Shown in pieces: positions 37,501-45,904 of a DNA stretch of 49,603 nucleotides. The stretch is from Planctomycetaceae bacterium (GTDB taxonomy: Bacteria > Planctomycetota > Planctomycetia > Planctomycetales > Planctomycetaceae). Location: assembly GCA_009691905.1 (NCBI GenBank), contig SIAF01000001.1, forward strand, positions 1 to 49,603, in the 5' to 3' direction. A program made the translations under genes and the position numbers. How positions within the stretch are numbered: the first letter of the stretch is position 1; every line of letters starts with the position of its first letter. The notes beneath the pieces were generated by a model that worked only from the letters and a program-made list of their open reading frames with translations, was not told the DNA's origin and did no database searches.

Positions 37501-39209
37501 CAGGCGATCTCAGAGGCCCCCTGTCCGAGCAGAGCCTGCAAGGGAAACATGCCCGCCGCCAGAATCAGCAGCACGGCGAACATCCACATCACGAGGTTTC
37601 GTCGCGGCAAGGCCCATGTCAGCAGCGGCTTATAGATATGAATGAAACTGCGGACGATGGCATTTTGTTCTTCGCTTTTGAGCCGCCCCTTGATGAACGT
37701 CGGGATCAGGGCCGGCACCAGCGTCACCGAGATCAGCGCTACGCCGATCATGGCGAAGCTTTTGGTGAACGCCAGCGGATGGAACAGCTTCCCCTCGCGC
37801 CCCGACAGCATGAACACCGGCACGAACGAGAGCAGCATGATCAGGACCGAGAAGAAGATCGGCCGGCCGACAGTGCGGCACGGCTCGATCACCAGCTCGC
37901 GAATGTCGCCCGTCACCTTGCGATCGCCGAAGTGCGCCTTGAGATGATGCGTGGCGTTCTCGGTCATCACGATTGCCTGATCGACCAGAATGCCGATCGA
38001 GATCGTGATCCCCGCCAGCGACATGATGTTGGCCTGAATGTCGATGATGCCCAGTTGCCGCAAGACCCACATCAACAGGAACGAAAACAGCACCGACAAA
38101 GGGAGCGTGATGCAGATCACGAACACGCTGCGGAGGTGCGTCAGAATCAGCAGAATGGCGATCGAGGCGATCGCCATTTCGTGCCACATGACCTGGGCCA
38201 GCGTGTGAATCGCCCCTTTGATGAGGCGCGTGCGGTCGTAAGCCGGCACGATGTGGACTCCTGCCGGCAGGCCGGGCTGGAGTTCTTGAATCTTCTCTTT
38301 GACGCGCTGCGTGACCTTGAGCGGGTTTTCCTGGTGCCGCATCAGCACGACTCCTCCCACCACTTCATTGCCATCTTTCTCGTACACGCTGCGGCGGAAT
38401 TGCGTGCCGAGCTGCACGGTCGCGACCGTTTTGACGTAGATCGGCGTCCCTTTGACCTCTTTGATGACGGTGTTCTCGATATCCTGCTTATCGCGGATCC
38501 AACCGACTCCGCGGACGATATATTCGGCGTTGTTCTTCTGGACGACTCCGCCGCCGCCGGGCATATTGCTTTTTGCCACCGCGCCGTACAGGTCGCCCAG
38601 TGTGATGCCGTAGGCCCGTAGCGATTCGGGCCGAACGTCGATTTGGTATTCGAGCGGCGTGCCGCCGACGGTGGCGACGTCGGCCACGCCGGGCGCGGCA
38701 TTCAACTGCGGCGCGATATAGAACTTGTTGAGCGCCCACAGCCGCGGCGGGTCGATCGGGTCGGCGGCGCTCGACTCGACCGTATACCAGAATATCTGCC
38801 CCAGGGCCGTCGCGTCGGGAGCGAGGTAGGGCACAACCCCCGCCGGCAGAAACGTCCCCGCCTGGCTCAGTTTTTCGGTGACCCGCTGGCGGGCAAAGTA
38901 GAAGTCGATTTTGTCTTCGAAGATGATCGTGATCATCGAGAAGTTGAATTCCGACGACGAGCGCACAGCGCGAACCCCCGCCAGCCCCTGCAGTTTGCGC
39001 GACAGCGGGTACGTCACCTGATCTTCAATCTCGCGCGGACTGCGCCCCATCCAGTCGGTGAAAACGATCACCTGGTTTTCGCTGAGATCGGGGATCGCGT
39101 CGACCGGCGTGTTCAGCAGCGCGAAGACCCCCGCGACCGTCAGTGCCGCAGCAACGATCAGCACGAGAAACCGGTTACGAATCGAGAGTTCAATCAGGCG
39201 TTCGATCAT
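34587..39209 (-). CDS. CusA/CzcA-family heavy-metal efflux RND permease, unusually long (1540 aa) with large insertions
   Basis: Start is [53 protein letters not shown]... (CusA N-terminus). The conserved blocks [33 protein letters not shown] and the C-terminal TM bundle are present. The ATG at 39209 is chosen over the upstream ORF extension. Confidence 0.9.
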   Translation of the reverse strand: [1540 protein letters not shown]

Positions 39210-39253
39210 GGCTGACCGTGTTCTCCGGAAGCAGGACGGATGGAAAAGCCGTC

Positions 39254-41344
39254 CTAAAGTTGCGTCTGCTTCAATTTTGCGGCCTGCTTGAGCGTCGCCT
39301 CGGGATCGGCCAACGCCTCGTCGCGGCACGCCTCGCAGCAAAGAAACACCGGCTCACCGCCAACCATGACCTTAACGGGCGTGCCCATTGAGCCGAGCCG
39401 GCTCTTGTGAAGGACGACGCAAAATCGCTGCTTTCTCGCCAGGGGACGATCTTCGTCGGACAGCTTGGCGAGCGCGGCTTCGATCTTCGCATCGGTCCTT
39501 TTTTTCTGAGTCGTCGGCAGCGGCGACGTTGTCGGCGAAGGGGGTCGGCTGTCTTTCGATTTTTTGACCTTGGCCAGCGTTTCCTGGGGTTTGGCCAGTG
39601 CCGCCTTTCGGCAAGCATCGCAGCAGACGAACACCGTCTGGTCGTCGATGACGAGCTTGATCGGCACCCCCATCGAGCCCAGACGGCTGTCTTCGATGAT
39701 CGGGCAGAACTTCTGGTCTTCCGCAATCCGCCGGTCGTCCGGCGCGAGCCGGGCCAGGGCCTGCGTGATCGTCGCGTCGGTGTCTTCGGGGGTCGAGGGG
39801 CGGACGGTGCTGCCGCCCGAAGGTCCCTGTTTCGAGCCGCTGCTGCCGCCGAAATAGATCGAGCCGACCGCGGGATTGAGCCGCGTTTCGGCGTCGACCA
39901 GGAATGAGCCGGCCGTCACGACCAGATCGCCCAGCGCCAGGCCGTGCAACACCGGAAAGAACGGAACCTCGTCCGGCCCGGTCATCCGCGGTCCGAGAAC
40001 GACGCGAACCCCTTCGTAAACTCCCGGCAACGTCTGGCGATAGACGATCGTCTGGCTGCCGGTGTCGATGATCGACGATTCGGGGATGGCCACCGCCAGA
40101 CCCTGCTCGAGCAGGTCCATCTTATAGAGCTCCGGATTCGAACCGACCGCCTGCACCAGCGCCCGGATTTCGCGCAGCGGGATTTGCAGACGAACGGTGG
40201 CGGTCGTACCGGGGCGAAGCTTATGGCCGGGGTTCTTGAGTTCGAACCGCACGGTGACGGTGCGGGTCTCCTGATCGACGTGCGGATAGATGAAGGTCAA
40301 CAAGCCCTGAAACGCCTCGTCAGGAAAGGCCCGCGTCGTGGCGGTCACGGGCAAGGGATCTTCGAACAACTGCGTCCCAGGCTTGTGCTGCTGGTCGGCC
40401 GGCAGGAACGCCAGGTCGTCTTCGTAGATTTGCGCCTGAATCCAGACCGACGAGAGATCGGCCACGTCGTACAGCGGGCTCCCCTCGTCGACGTACTGCC
40501 CCTCGCGGACGTATTTCTTGATCACGTGCCCGGTGATCGGCGAGCGAATTTTCAAATGCGTGTTGGCTTTGCCCGTCTGCACGATCTCATCGATCTGATC
40601 GTCGCTGATTCCCAGGAGCTGCAACCGCGTGCGGACGCTGGAGAGGAGCTCGGCGTTGTTGTTTTTTCTGGCCTGCAGCAAGTTCTGCACGGTGACCAGC
40701 AGGTCGGGACTGTAGATCGAGGCCAGCACGTCGCCGGCGTCGACCATCTGGCCGGTCTCGTTGACGTGCAGCGTGTCGAGCCGCCCTTTCACGCGGGCCG
40801 AAACATTTTTCACGTTGCGTTCGTTGAATTCGACGTAGCCGACGGCGGTAATCTCTTTCGACAGCGGCTGGTAATCGACTTTCCAGGTGCGAATCCCGGC
40901 GAGCACGACGCGGTAGGGAGAAAGTTGCACGCGGTTGACGATGCCGGCCGGCAGGGCCACTTCGTGCGCATCTCCCTTTTTGCGTTTTGACAGCGGCATA
41001 AAGCAGATGGGGCATTTCTCCTTGCCGTTGTCGCGAATGACCGAGGGGTGCATCGGGCAGAACCATTCGACGGTGCTCGCGGCCCCCGGCGCGGCTGCCG
41101 CGGGTCGCGTCCACTTCTGGTAGTGAGCCAAAAGCAGATCCCACTGCGTGATCACGGCGCCGATCACAACGAGAATGGCGATGAACCGCAGGCGGGCCAG
41201 CTTGACGAGGATGATGAAGTCGAACCACCACCACGCCTTCCGCCAGCCGGAAAGCCCCGGCGGAGCGCGCAGGCCCCCTTCGTCGAAATCGGAAGCGACA
41301 TGCTGCTGGCGATCGCCCGGCGGAGGGGTTTGCGTCTCGGACAT
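39254..41344 (-). CDS. CusB-like RND periplasmic adaptor with N-terminal heavy-metal-binding domain and two tandem C-terminal Cys4 modules
   Basis: WFCPMHPSVIRDNGKEKCPICFMPL is an HMBD-type motif. The adaptor core includes VGYVEFNERNV...VNETGQMVDAGDVLASIYSPDL. The C-terminal modules are FCPIIEDSRLGSMGVPIKLVIDDQTVFVCCDACR and FCVVLHKSRLGSMGTPVKVMVGGEPVFLCCEACR. I take the start as MSETQ (41344). An alternative is at 41401. Confidence 0.85.
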   Translation of the reverse strand: MSETQTPPPGDRQQHVASDFDEGGLRAPPGLSGWRKAWWWFDFIILVKLARLRFIAILVVIGAVITQWDLLLAHYQKWTRPAAAAPGAASTVEWFCPMHPSVIRDNGKEKCPICFMPLSKRKKGDAHEVALPAGIVNRVQLSPYRVVLAGIRTWKVDYQPLSKEITAVGYVEFNERNVKNVSARVKGRLDTLHVNETGQMVDAGDVLASIYSPDLLVTVQNLLQARKNNNAELLSSVRTRLQLLGISDDQIDEIVQTGKANTHLKIRSPITGHVIKKYVREGQYVDEGSPLYDVADLSSVWIQAQIYEDDLAFLPADQQHKPGTQLFEDPLPVTATTRAFPDEAFQGLLTFIYPHVDQETRTVTVRFELKNPGHKLRPGTTATVRLQIPLREIRALVQAVGSNPELYKMDLLEQGLAVAIPESSIIDTGSQTIVYRQTLPGVYEGVRVVLGPRMTGPDEVPFFPVLHGLALGDLVVTAGSFLVDAETRLNPAVGSIYFGGSSGSKQGPSGGSTVRPSTPEDTDATITQALARLAPDDRRIAEDQKFCPIIEDSRLGSMGVPIKLVIDDQTVFVCCDACRKAALAKPQETLAKVKKSKDSRPPSPTTSPLPTTQKKRTDAKIEAALAKLSDEDRPLARKQRFCVVLHKSRLGSMGTPVKVMVGGEPVFLCCEACRDEALADPEATLKQAAKLKQTQL

Positions 41345-41596
41345 GGCCAACGTCTCCTCACGAAAAATGATCTGAACTGGTACCGCGCTTAGAGATTTCA
41401 CTGCGGCCAGAGAACGAGCAGCCGAGACGCGAGCCAGCTATTGAAAAAGGTGCTAACCCGCCAACTCGGCCCGTCTGCTCGCTCACTGGTCGCCACACGC
41501 ATCGGTCGAATGCCATGCAAACCAAAAAAGTTCGCGCGACCGCCCGGCGACAAGGAAGCCATCCCCACGCCGAGCGGTCGCAACGAACACGTTCCG

Positions 41597-42016
41597 TCAA
41601 TACGCGCCGCGAATCTTGCGGTCAGCCCCGAACTGGTACGACCTCGACGGTGCACCGCGGCGCATCATCGGAGCCTGATAGACCGGATTACGATTGACCG
41701 GTGACTGCAATACCGTTCCGGGAGAGGTGGAAGTCCCAGGATCAAACGAAAAGCTGCGATACGTCGTGCGGCCGTTATCCAGTCGCGCCGTCGATGCCGG
41801 CGCAGGAACCGGCGCCTGCTCCATGTCGTGACCGGGCATCGCCGGAGCGTCAGCCGGCACTCCATACACAGGTGCACAGGCAGCGGGAGCCGCACAGCAA
41901 GCGGCCGGTGCGCAGGCCCGCCAACAGCAGCCACCTCCGCCGCAGGCCTGAACGACGTTCGTTCCCCCTAGAGTTGCCGAAACACCCAGAATCGCCGTAC
42001 TCAACAATTTCATCAT
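41597..42016 (-). CDS. Small secreted Cys-rich protein (possible periplasmic metal-binding protein)
   Basis: 139 aa. It has a signal peptide (MMKLLSTAILGVSATLGG) and then 7 Cys within 25 residues (ACGGGGCCWRACAPAACCAAPAACAP). GGGAG lies 9 nt upstream of the ATG. It is on the same strand as, and directly upstream of, the cusB-like gene. Confidence 0.6.
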   Translation of the reverse strand: MMKLLSTAILGVSATLGGTNVVQACGGGGCCWRACAPAACCAAPAACAPVYGVPADAPAMPGHDMEQAPVPAPASTARLDNGRTTYRSFSFDPGTSTSPGTVLQSPVNRNPVYQAPMMRRGAPSRSYQFGADRKIRGAY

Positions 42017-42338
42017 GACCAAAACTCCCAAAAAAAGGCAGACGGTGTCGTTGTTCTTCACGAAAAGACACACGGAGCACCCATCTTTGCATGGTTTGTC
42101 CGACGAGCGCCGCTCCCGCGCGTGCGGGAACATAAACAGCGACTCGCCGGTTCAAGTCAGTCAAATGGACACTAGAACTCGCGGCTAATCACCGGCATTT
42201 CGGCCGGATGGCACGCGACGACTCAGGCGAGAGACTTTTCTGGAACCCTGGAAAAAACGCGCACGATCGCGCGCCGAAGGGGCCGGAATGCTCACGCTTG
42301 AGCGCACGCCGCCAAAGAGATTGCGGCGTGCGGCACGA

Positions 42339-42839
42339 TCAGATCAAAAAGATCTGGTGCGCAATGAGAAGGTCGGGCACCGGCAACCGCGGGTTCCGCA
42401 CCAATTCGTAAGTCGGAACCGTCAGTTGCGTCCCCACAAAATCGAAATCAATTGTACTCAGCACCAGCACCGTCAGGTCGGGCACAACCACGCTCTTGAG
42501 CACGGGGGGCAGCAACGGCGTCACGACGACCGATTTGCAGCATCGCTGCGAAACCGATGGACCGTTCGATGACCCTGCCTTGCGTTGGCAGCAACCGCCG
42601 CTCGTTTGGACTTTTGATGGGGATCTGCCCGTGACAACGCCCTTGTGGCAGCAAGAGCACAAACCAGTCGCAGTGCCGTCGTCATGTTGTCGGCAGCCGT
42701 CATTCCCGTGCCGCTCGCAAAATAACTTGTATTGTCCGTTCGCGCAGATGCATCCCATCCGCGGAAGCGCGCTCAGCAGCATGAGCGGTAGCATCGCCCA
42801 GACAACCACTTTTGCAATTCGGCTACGAAGATGGTGCAT
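42339..42839 (-). CDS. Membrane-anchored Cys-rich protein (11 Cys)
   Basis: 166 aa from ATG 42839 (MHHLRSRIAKVVVWAMLPLMLLSALP). Motifs are GCIC, LFCERH, DGCRQH, LCSCCH, GGCCQ and QRCCK. I recognise no family. Confidence 0.5.
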   Translation of the reverse strand: MHHLRSRIAKVVVWAMLPLMLLSALPRMGCICANGQYKLFCERHGNDGCRQHDDGTATGLCSCCHKGVVTGRSPSKVQTSGGCCQRKAGSSNGPSVSQRCCKSVVVTPLLPPVLKSVVVPDLTVLVLSTIDFDFVGTQLTVPTYELVRNPRLPVPDLLIAHQIFLI

Positions 42840-43380
42840 GCTGGTTCTGCAAACAGGGATCACAACGACCGTCGCTCTCATGTCAGCCGGAAATCGAAAG
42901 CCGCGGTTCCGGACAGGTCTCTGCTCATTTGATGCCGCCGCTCTCGATTGGTTTCGGCAATCGAGTCGACTTCGATGAAAGAAACCGGTCGAGGTCACAG
43001 CCTTGATTAATCCTACGCCTGATAATCGTTCCATACAAGCGCATTTCCACGCGAATCGACGGCGCCACCCCACGAAGGGCACGGTGGTTTCCTAATTTGT
43101 TGCTTGTCATCAAGCGTGCGCAGGAACTTCGCGAGGCTGCCCACAAAACAGGCGATTGATCTCGATTGCCATAGGGGATGGTTCTAAAGTAGTCGGTCCA
43201 AATCAAGTCACAACTGAATTGCCTTCAATGCGATGCAGCGATTTGGTGGTGGTGATCGGTGACCTGCGTCCCGGTCTTGGCACCCGATTTGATGCCCCCT
43301 CCCCTGCGACTTGCCCTGCGAGTCATTAAGGCTCGACTTTTCAGCGGTTGTCTTGGTCCGATCGGGGGAGACAAGCCGGC

Positions 43381-44316
43381 ATGTACCGCGCCGCCAGATT
43401 TTGGATTTTCATACTCGCAATCACGACCCTCGCTACGCCGAGTCGGGCTGCGGACGAGCCATCGCTGGCGCGCGTGCCGACGACTCACACTCATCGTCGC
43501 GAGTGCCAATGCGGGACGGCGCGTTGTGAATGTGGAACATGGCTCGTCCAGCAGACGGAAAACTTCACGATCTACTGTGCCGGCGATCACGCCGACGCGC
43601 GACGGTTGCCTTCCGTCTGTGAGGCCCTGCGCAGTCGACTTCAGGAGAACTGGCTGAGCGCGGCGGCTGCCGGCTGGGATCCCAAATGCATCGTCGTCGT
43701 GCATAGGACGGCAAAGGGCTACACCGCCAGGCTCGGACGCGGGAGCGAGGGGTCGTCCGGCTGTGCGTCTCTGGAGAGCGAAGGGGGACGTGTCGTCGCA
43801 CGGCGAATCGATCTGCGCGGCGACGCCGACGATTGGCTCACGGCCGCTTTTCCGCATGAGTTGACGCACATCGTGCTTGCCGATCGATTCGGCGGCAGGC
43901 AACCACCGCGTTGGGTCGACGAAGGGATCGCCATTCTGGCCGAGCCTGAAACCAAGCAGTTGCAGCGGCTGCGGGCCTTTGAAGCGGCTGAGGCCCGACG
44001 ACAAATCTATTCGGCACGAGAACTCATGGCGCCGGCTGCCGATCGCGATGCCCGGCGACGCGACGCCTTTTACTGGCAGAGCGCTTCGCTGGTCGCACAC
44101 CTCGTCGAGCAGGGGACATCCGAGCAGTTTCTGACGTTTGTCGATGCCTTAATGCGCGATGGCACCGAACACGCGCTGCGTCAGGTGTACGAAATCCCGT
44201 CCCTGGCACAGCTTGAATCCCGATGGCGGCCGCAAACCTTGCCGGGTGACCGCCCGGAGTCATCGCTGGCCGATCATATCGCCCAGATCACGTCCGCACG
44301 CCGCTTGCGCGATTGA
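43381..44316 (+). CDS. Secreted MA-clan metallopeptidase-like protein (DUF1570-like paralogue) with N-terminal CxCx4CxC motif
   Basis: It has a signal peptide (MYRAARFWIFILAITTLATPSRA), then ECQCGTARCEC, then FPHELTHIVL (HExxH) and WVDEGIAILAE. I prefer it over the antisense ORF 43225-44100. Confidence 0.7.
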   Translation: MYRAARFWIFILAITTLATPSRAADEPSLARVPTTHTHRRECQCGTARCECGTWLVQQTENFTIYCAGDHADARRLPSVCEALRSRLQENWLSAAAAGWDPKCIVVVHRTAKGYTARLGRGSEGSSGCASLESEGGRVVARRIDLRGDADDWLTAAFPHELTHIVLADRFGGRQPPRWVDEGIAILAEPETKQLQRLRAFEAAEARRQIYSARELMAPAADRDARRRDAFYWQSASLVAHLVEQGTSEQFLTFVDALMRDGTEHALRQVYEIPSLAQLESRWRPQTLPGDRPESSLADHIAQITSARRLRD

Positions 44317-44323
44317 GTCGACT

Positions 44324-44564
44324 GGGTGCCGGGGTCAGAGCGATTGCGTGTGGCTGCCGCGTTTCCTTTCGTGCGTCGCGAGACAAGACCTGTAAGATGG
44401 TCGAGCGATGGCCCCGTGGGTGGCAATGCACGAGTGACCCAGTGGCACGTCTTGCGTGCGACGGGGCCATCGCTGGTCTTTCGCCTCCGGGATGCTGCAA
44501 ATTGGGCGAAGGGTTTCGCGCAGCGATGCGGTCACTGCAAGCCGACGCTCTGACTCCGGCACCC
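44324..44564. repeat. Nested palindromic REP/MITE-like element
   Basis: The outer arms are GGGTGCCGGGGTCAGAGCG (44324-44342) and CGCTCTGACTCCGGCACCC (44546-44564). The inner arms are CGAGCGATGGCCCCGT (44402-44417) and ACGGGGCCATCGCTGG (44461-44476). The inner motif recurs at 22558-22581 (GCCACCCCACGGGGCCATCGCTCG). Confidence 0.75.
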
Positions 44565-44735
44565 GCGCGAGATTTTTGCAAAGGGCCTTTTCCATTTCAC
44601 TTGTGAATTTTCTCTCGCCATCCGCGGCACCGTGTAATGCAGAGTCGCAGGAGCGATTTCTAGCAGGTATGATCGTTGCTGCATTACCGCACTGTGGCGG
44701 TCGAATACCTGTTAAATTGCAAACGGCGACGCTTC

Positions 44736-45461
44736 ATGGCAGAGAAATACTTCGTCGAGTGCGACTGCGGTAAGAGAATCCGTGTTGAGTTGTTTAATGC
44801 CGGCACAACGAAGGTCTGTCCATCGTGCAACTCAGAAGTCTCGGTTCCCGATTCAATAACACTCAAAGAACTTTCCGGCGACAAGTATCCCTTTCTACGC
44901 CCAATCGAGAAAATCCAACAAGCACTCCGCAACGCCGAACCGCCGTTTGACGGGCTTTGCCACGTTTGCAGCGATGTGGATGCCGATCATCAAGTCCCAA
45001 TCACCTTCAATGTCATGGTTGAACGACACGTTGAAGATGACGGCGGAATTCGCCCGACAATCACCGGCAAGGTCGAGTTGTACGCGGCCGCCTCTGAAGA
45101 ACTACGGCAGTCAACGACCTTCCCGTTGCTGCTTTGCACACAGTGCCACGCACAGTTTCAATCAGCGAGTTCACGCGCCAAGGTCAAGAACATCGTAAAC
45201 GCGCTGAGCTTGGCGGCTCTCTTCGGTGCCTTCCTTTACTTCGCGTATCACCATGCCGAGGTTGTCGCGACACTCGCGGGTATCATCTCGCTGATTGGCG
45301 CGATTGCGTGGGCCGCAAAATTTCGTCAGACTAAAAAGCTCGACCCATTTGTCCTCAGTTGGCTCAGCAACATTCGCTGGGTTCCTGAGGCAATAGAGGC
45401 TGAAGATGAATACACGTTGTCGATTGGTGAATCGCGACCGTTCCAGCGAAGCGCGACCTGA
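44736..45461 (+). CDS. Hypothetical double zinc-ribbon membrane protein
   Basis: 241 aa. It has CDCG...CPSC and CHVC...CTQC Cys pairs and two C-terminal TM helices (LSLAALFGAFLYFAY, LAGIISLIGAIAWAA). It is visibly more AT-rich than its neighbours. Confidence 0.6.
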   Translation: MAEKYFVECDCGKRIRVELFNAGTTKVCPSCNSEVSVPDSITLKELSGDKYPFLRPIEKIQQALRNAEPPFDGLCHVCSDVDADHQVPITFNVMVERHVEDDGGIRPTITGKVELYAAASEELRQSTTFPLLLCTQCHAQFQSASSRAKVKNIVNALSLAALFGAFLYFAYHHAEVVATLAGIISLIGAIAWAAKFRQTKKLDPFVLSWLSNIRWVPEAIEAEDEYTLSIGESRPFQRSAT

Positions 45462-45499
45462 CAAATCGCTCAACGGGAGCGGGCAGAAGACGCTCACGT

Positions 45500-45721
45500 T
45501 TAACCCGGATTATTCATGTAGGGTGGGACCAGCTCGCGCAGCGTGCGCAGGCCCACCATTCGGGTCGCACAGCATCGGAACCCGGATGGTGGGCCTGCCC
45601 AAGCCGCTCAATGACGACACAACGCGCTGTCTGGTTCGAGAGTGTTTTCAGAAAGGGAAGGCCTATAGTCGTTCTCGGCTTGCTGGTCCCACCGTACATC
45701 AGCTTGAATAATCCGGGTTAA
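45500..45721. mobile_element. 222-bp MITE-like element with perfect 17-bp terminal inverted repeats
   Basis: TTAACCCGGATTATTCA (45500-45516) is the exact reverse complement of TGAATAATCCGGGTTAA (45705-45721). Sub-terminal arms are GTAGGGTGGGACCAGC / GCTGGTCCCACCGTAC. An internal pair is CAGGCCCACCAT / ATGGTGGGCCTG. It has no ORF. Both ends begin with TTAA. Confidence 0.65.
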
Positions 45722-45904
45722 TGGGCCGCAGCCCCACCCGGGCAGACTTGGCAATCTGTAACGGGGCTGCGGAATCTTCTGGTTCTGCCGAGGTTGCGGG
45801 TCCGATGGTGATGATTGAGAGGCCGCCCCGGCGGTCTACTCGGGGCGTCGTTGCTAACCCGCCAACTCGAAGCCGGCCCGTTCTGTCACCTTGCGGAGGC
45901 GCTG

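Noticed and set aside
41597-42016. Cys-rich 139-aa protein as a RiPP/lanthipeptide-type precursor.
   Set aside because: It has a normal Sec-type signal peptide. No modifying enzymes (LanM/LanBC, radical SAM, YcaO) or dedicated peptidase/ABC exporter are adjacent. The context is a metal-efflux operon.
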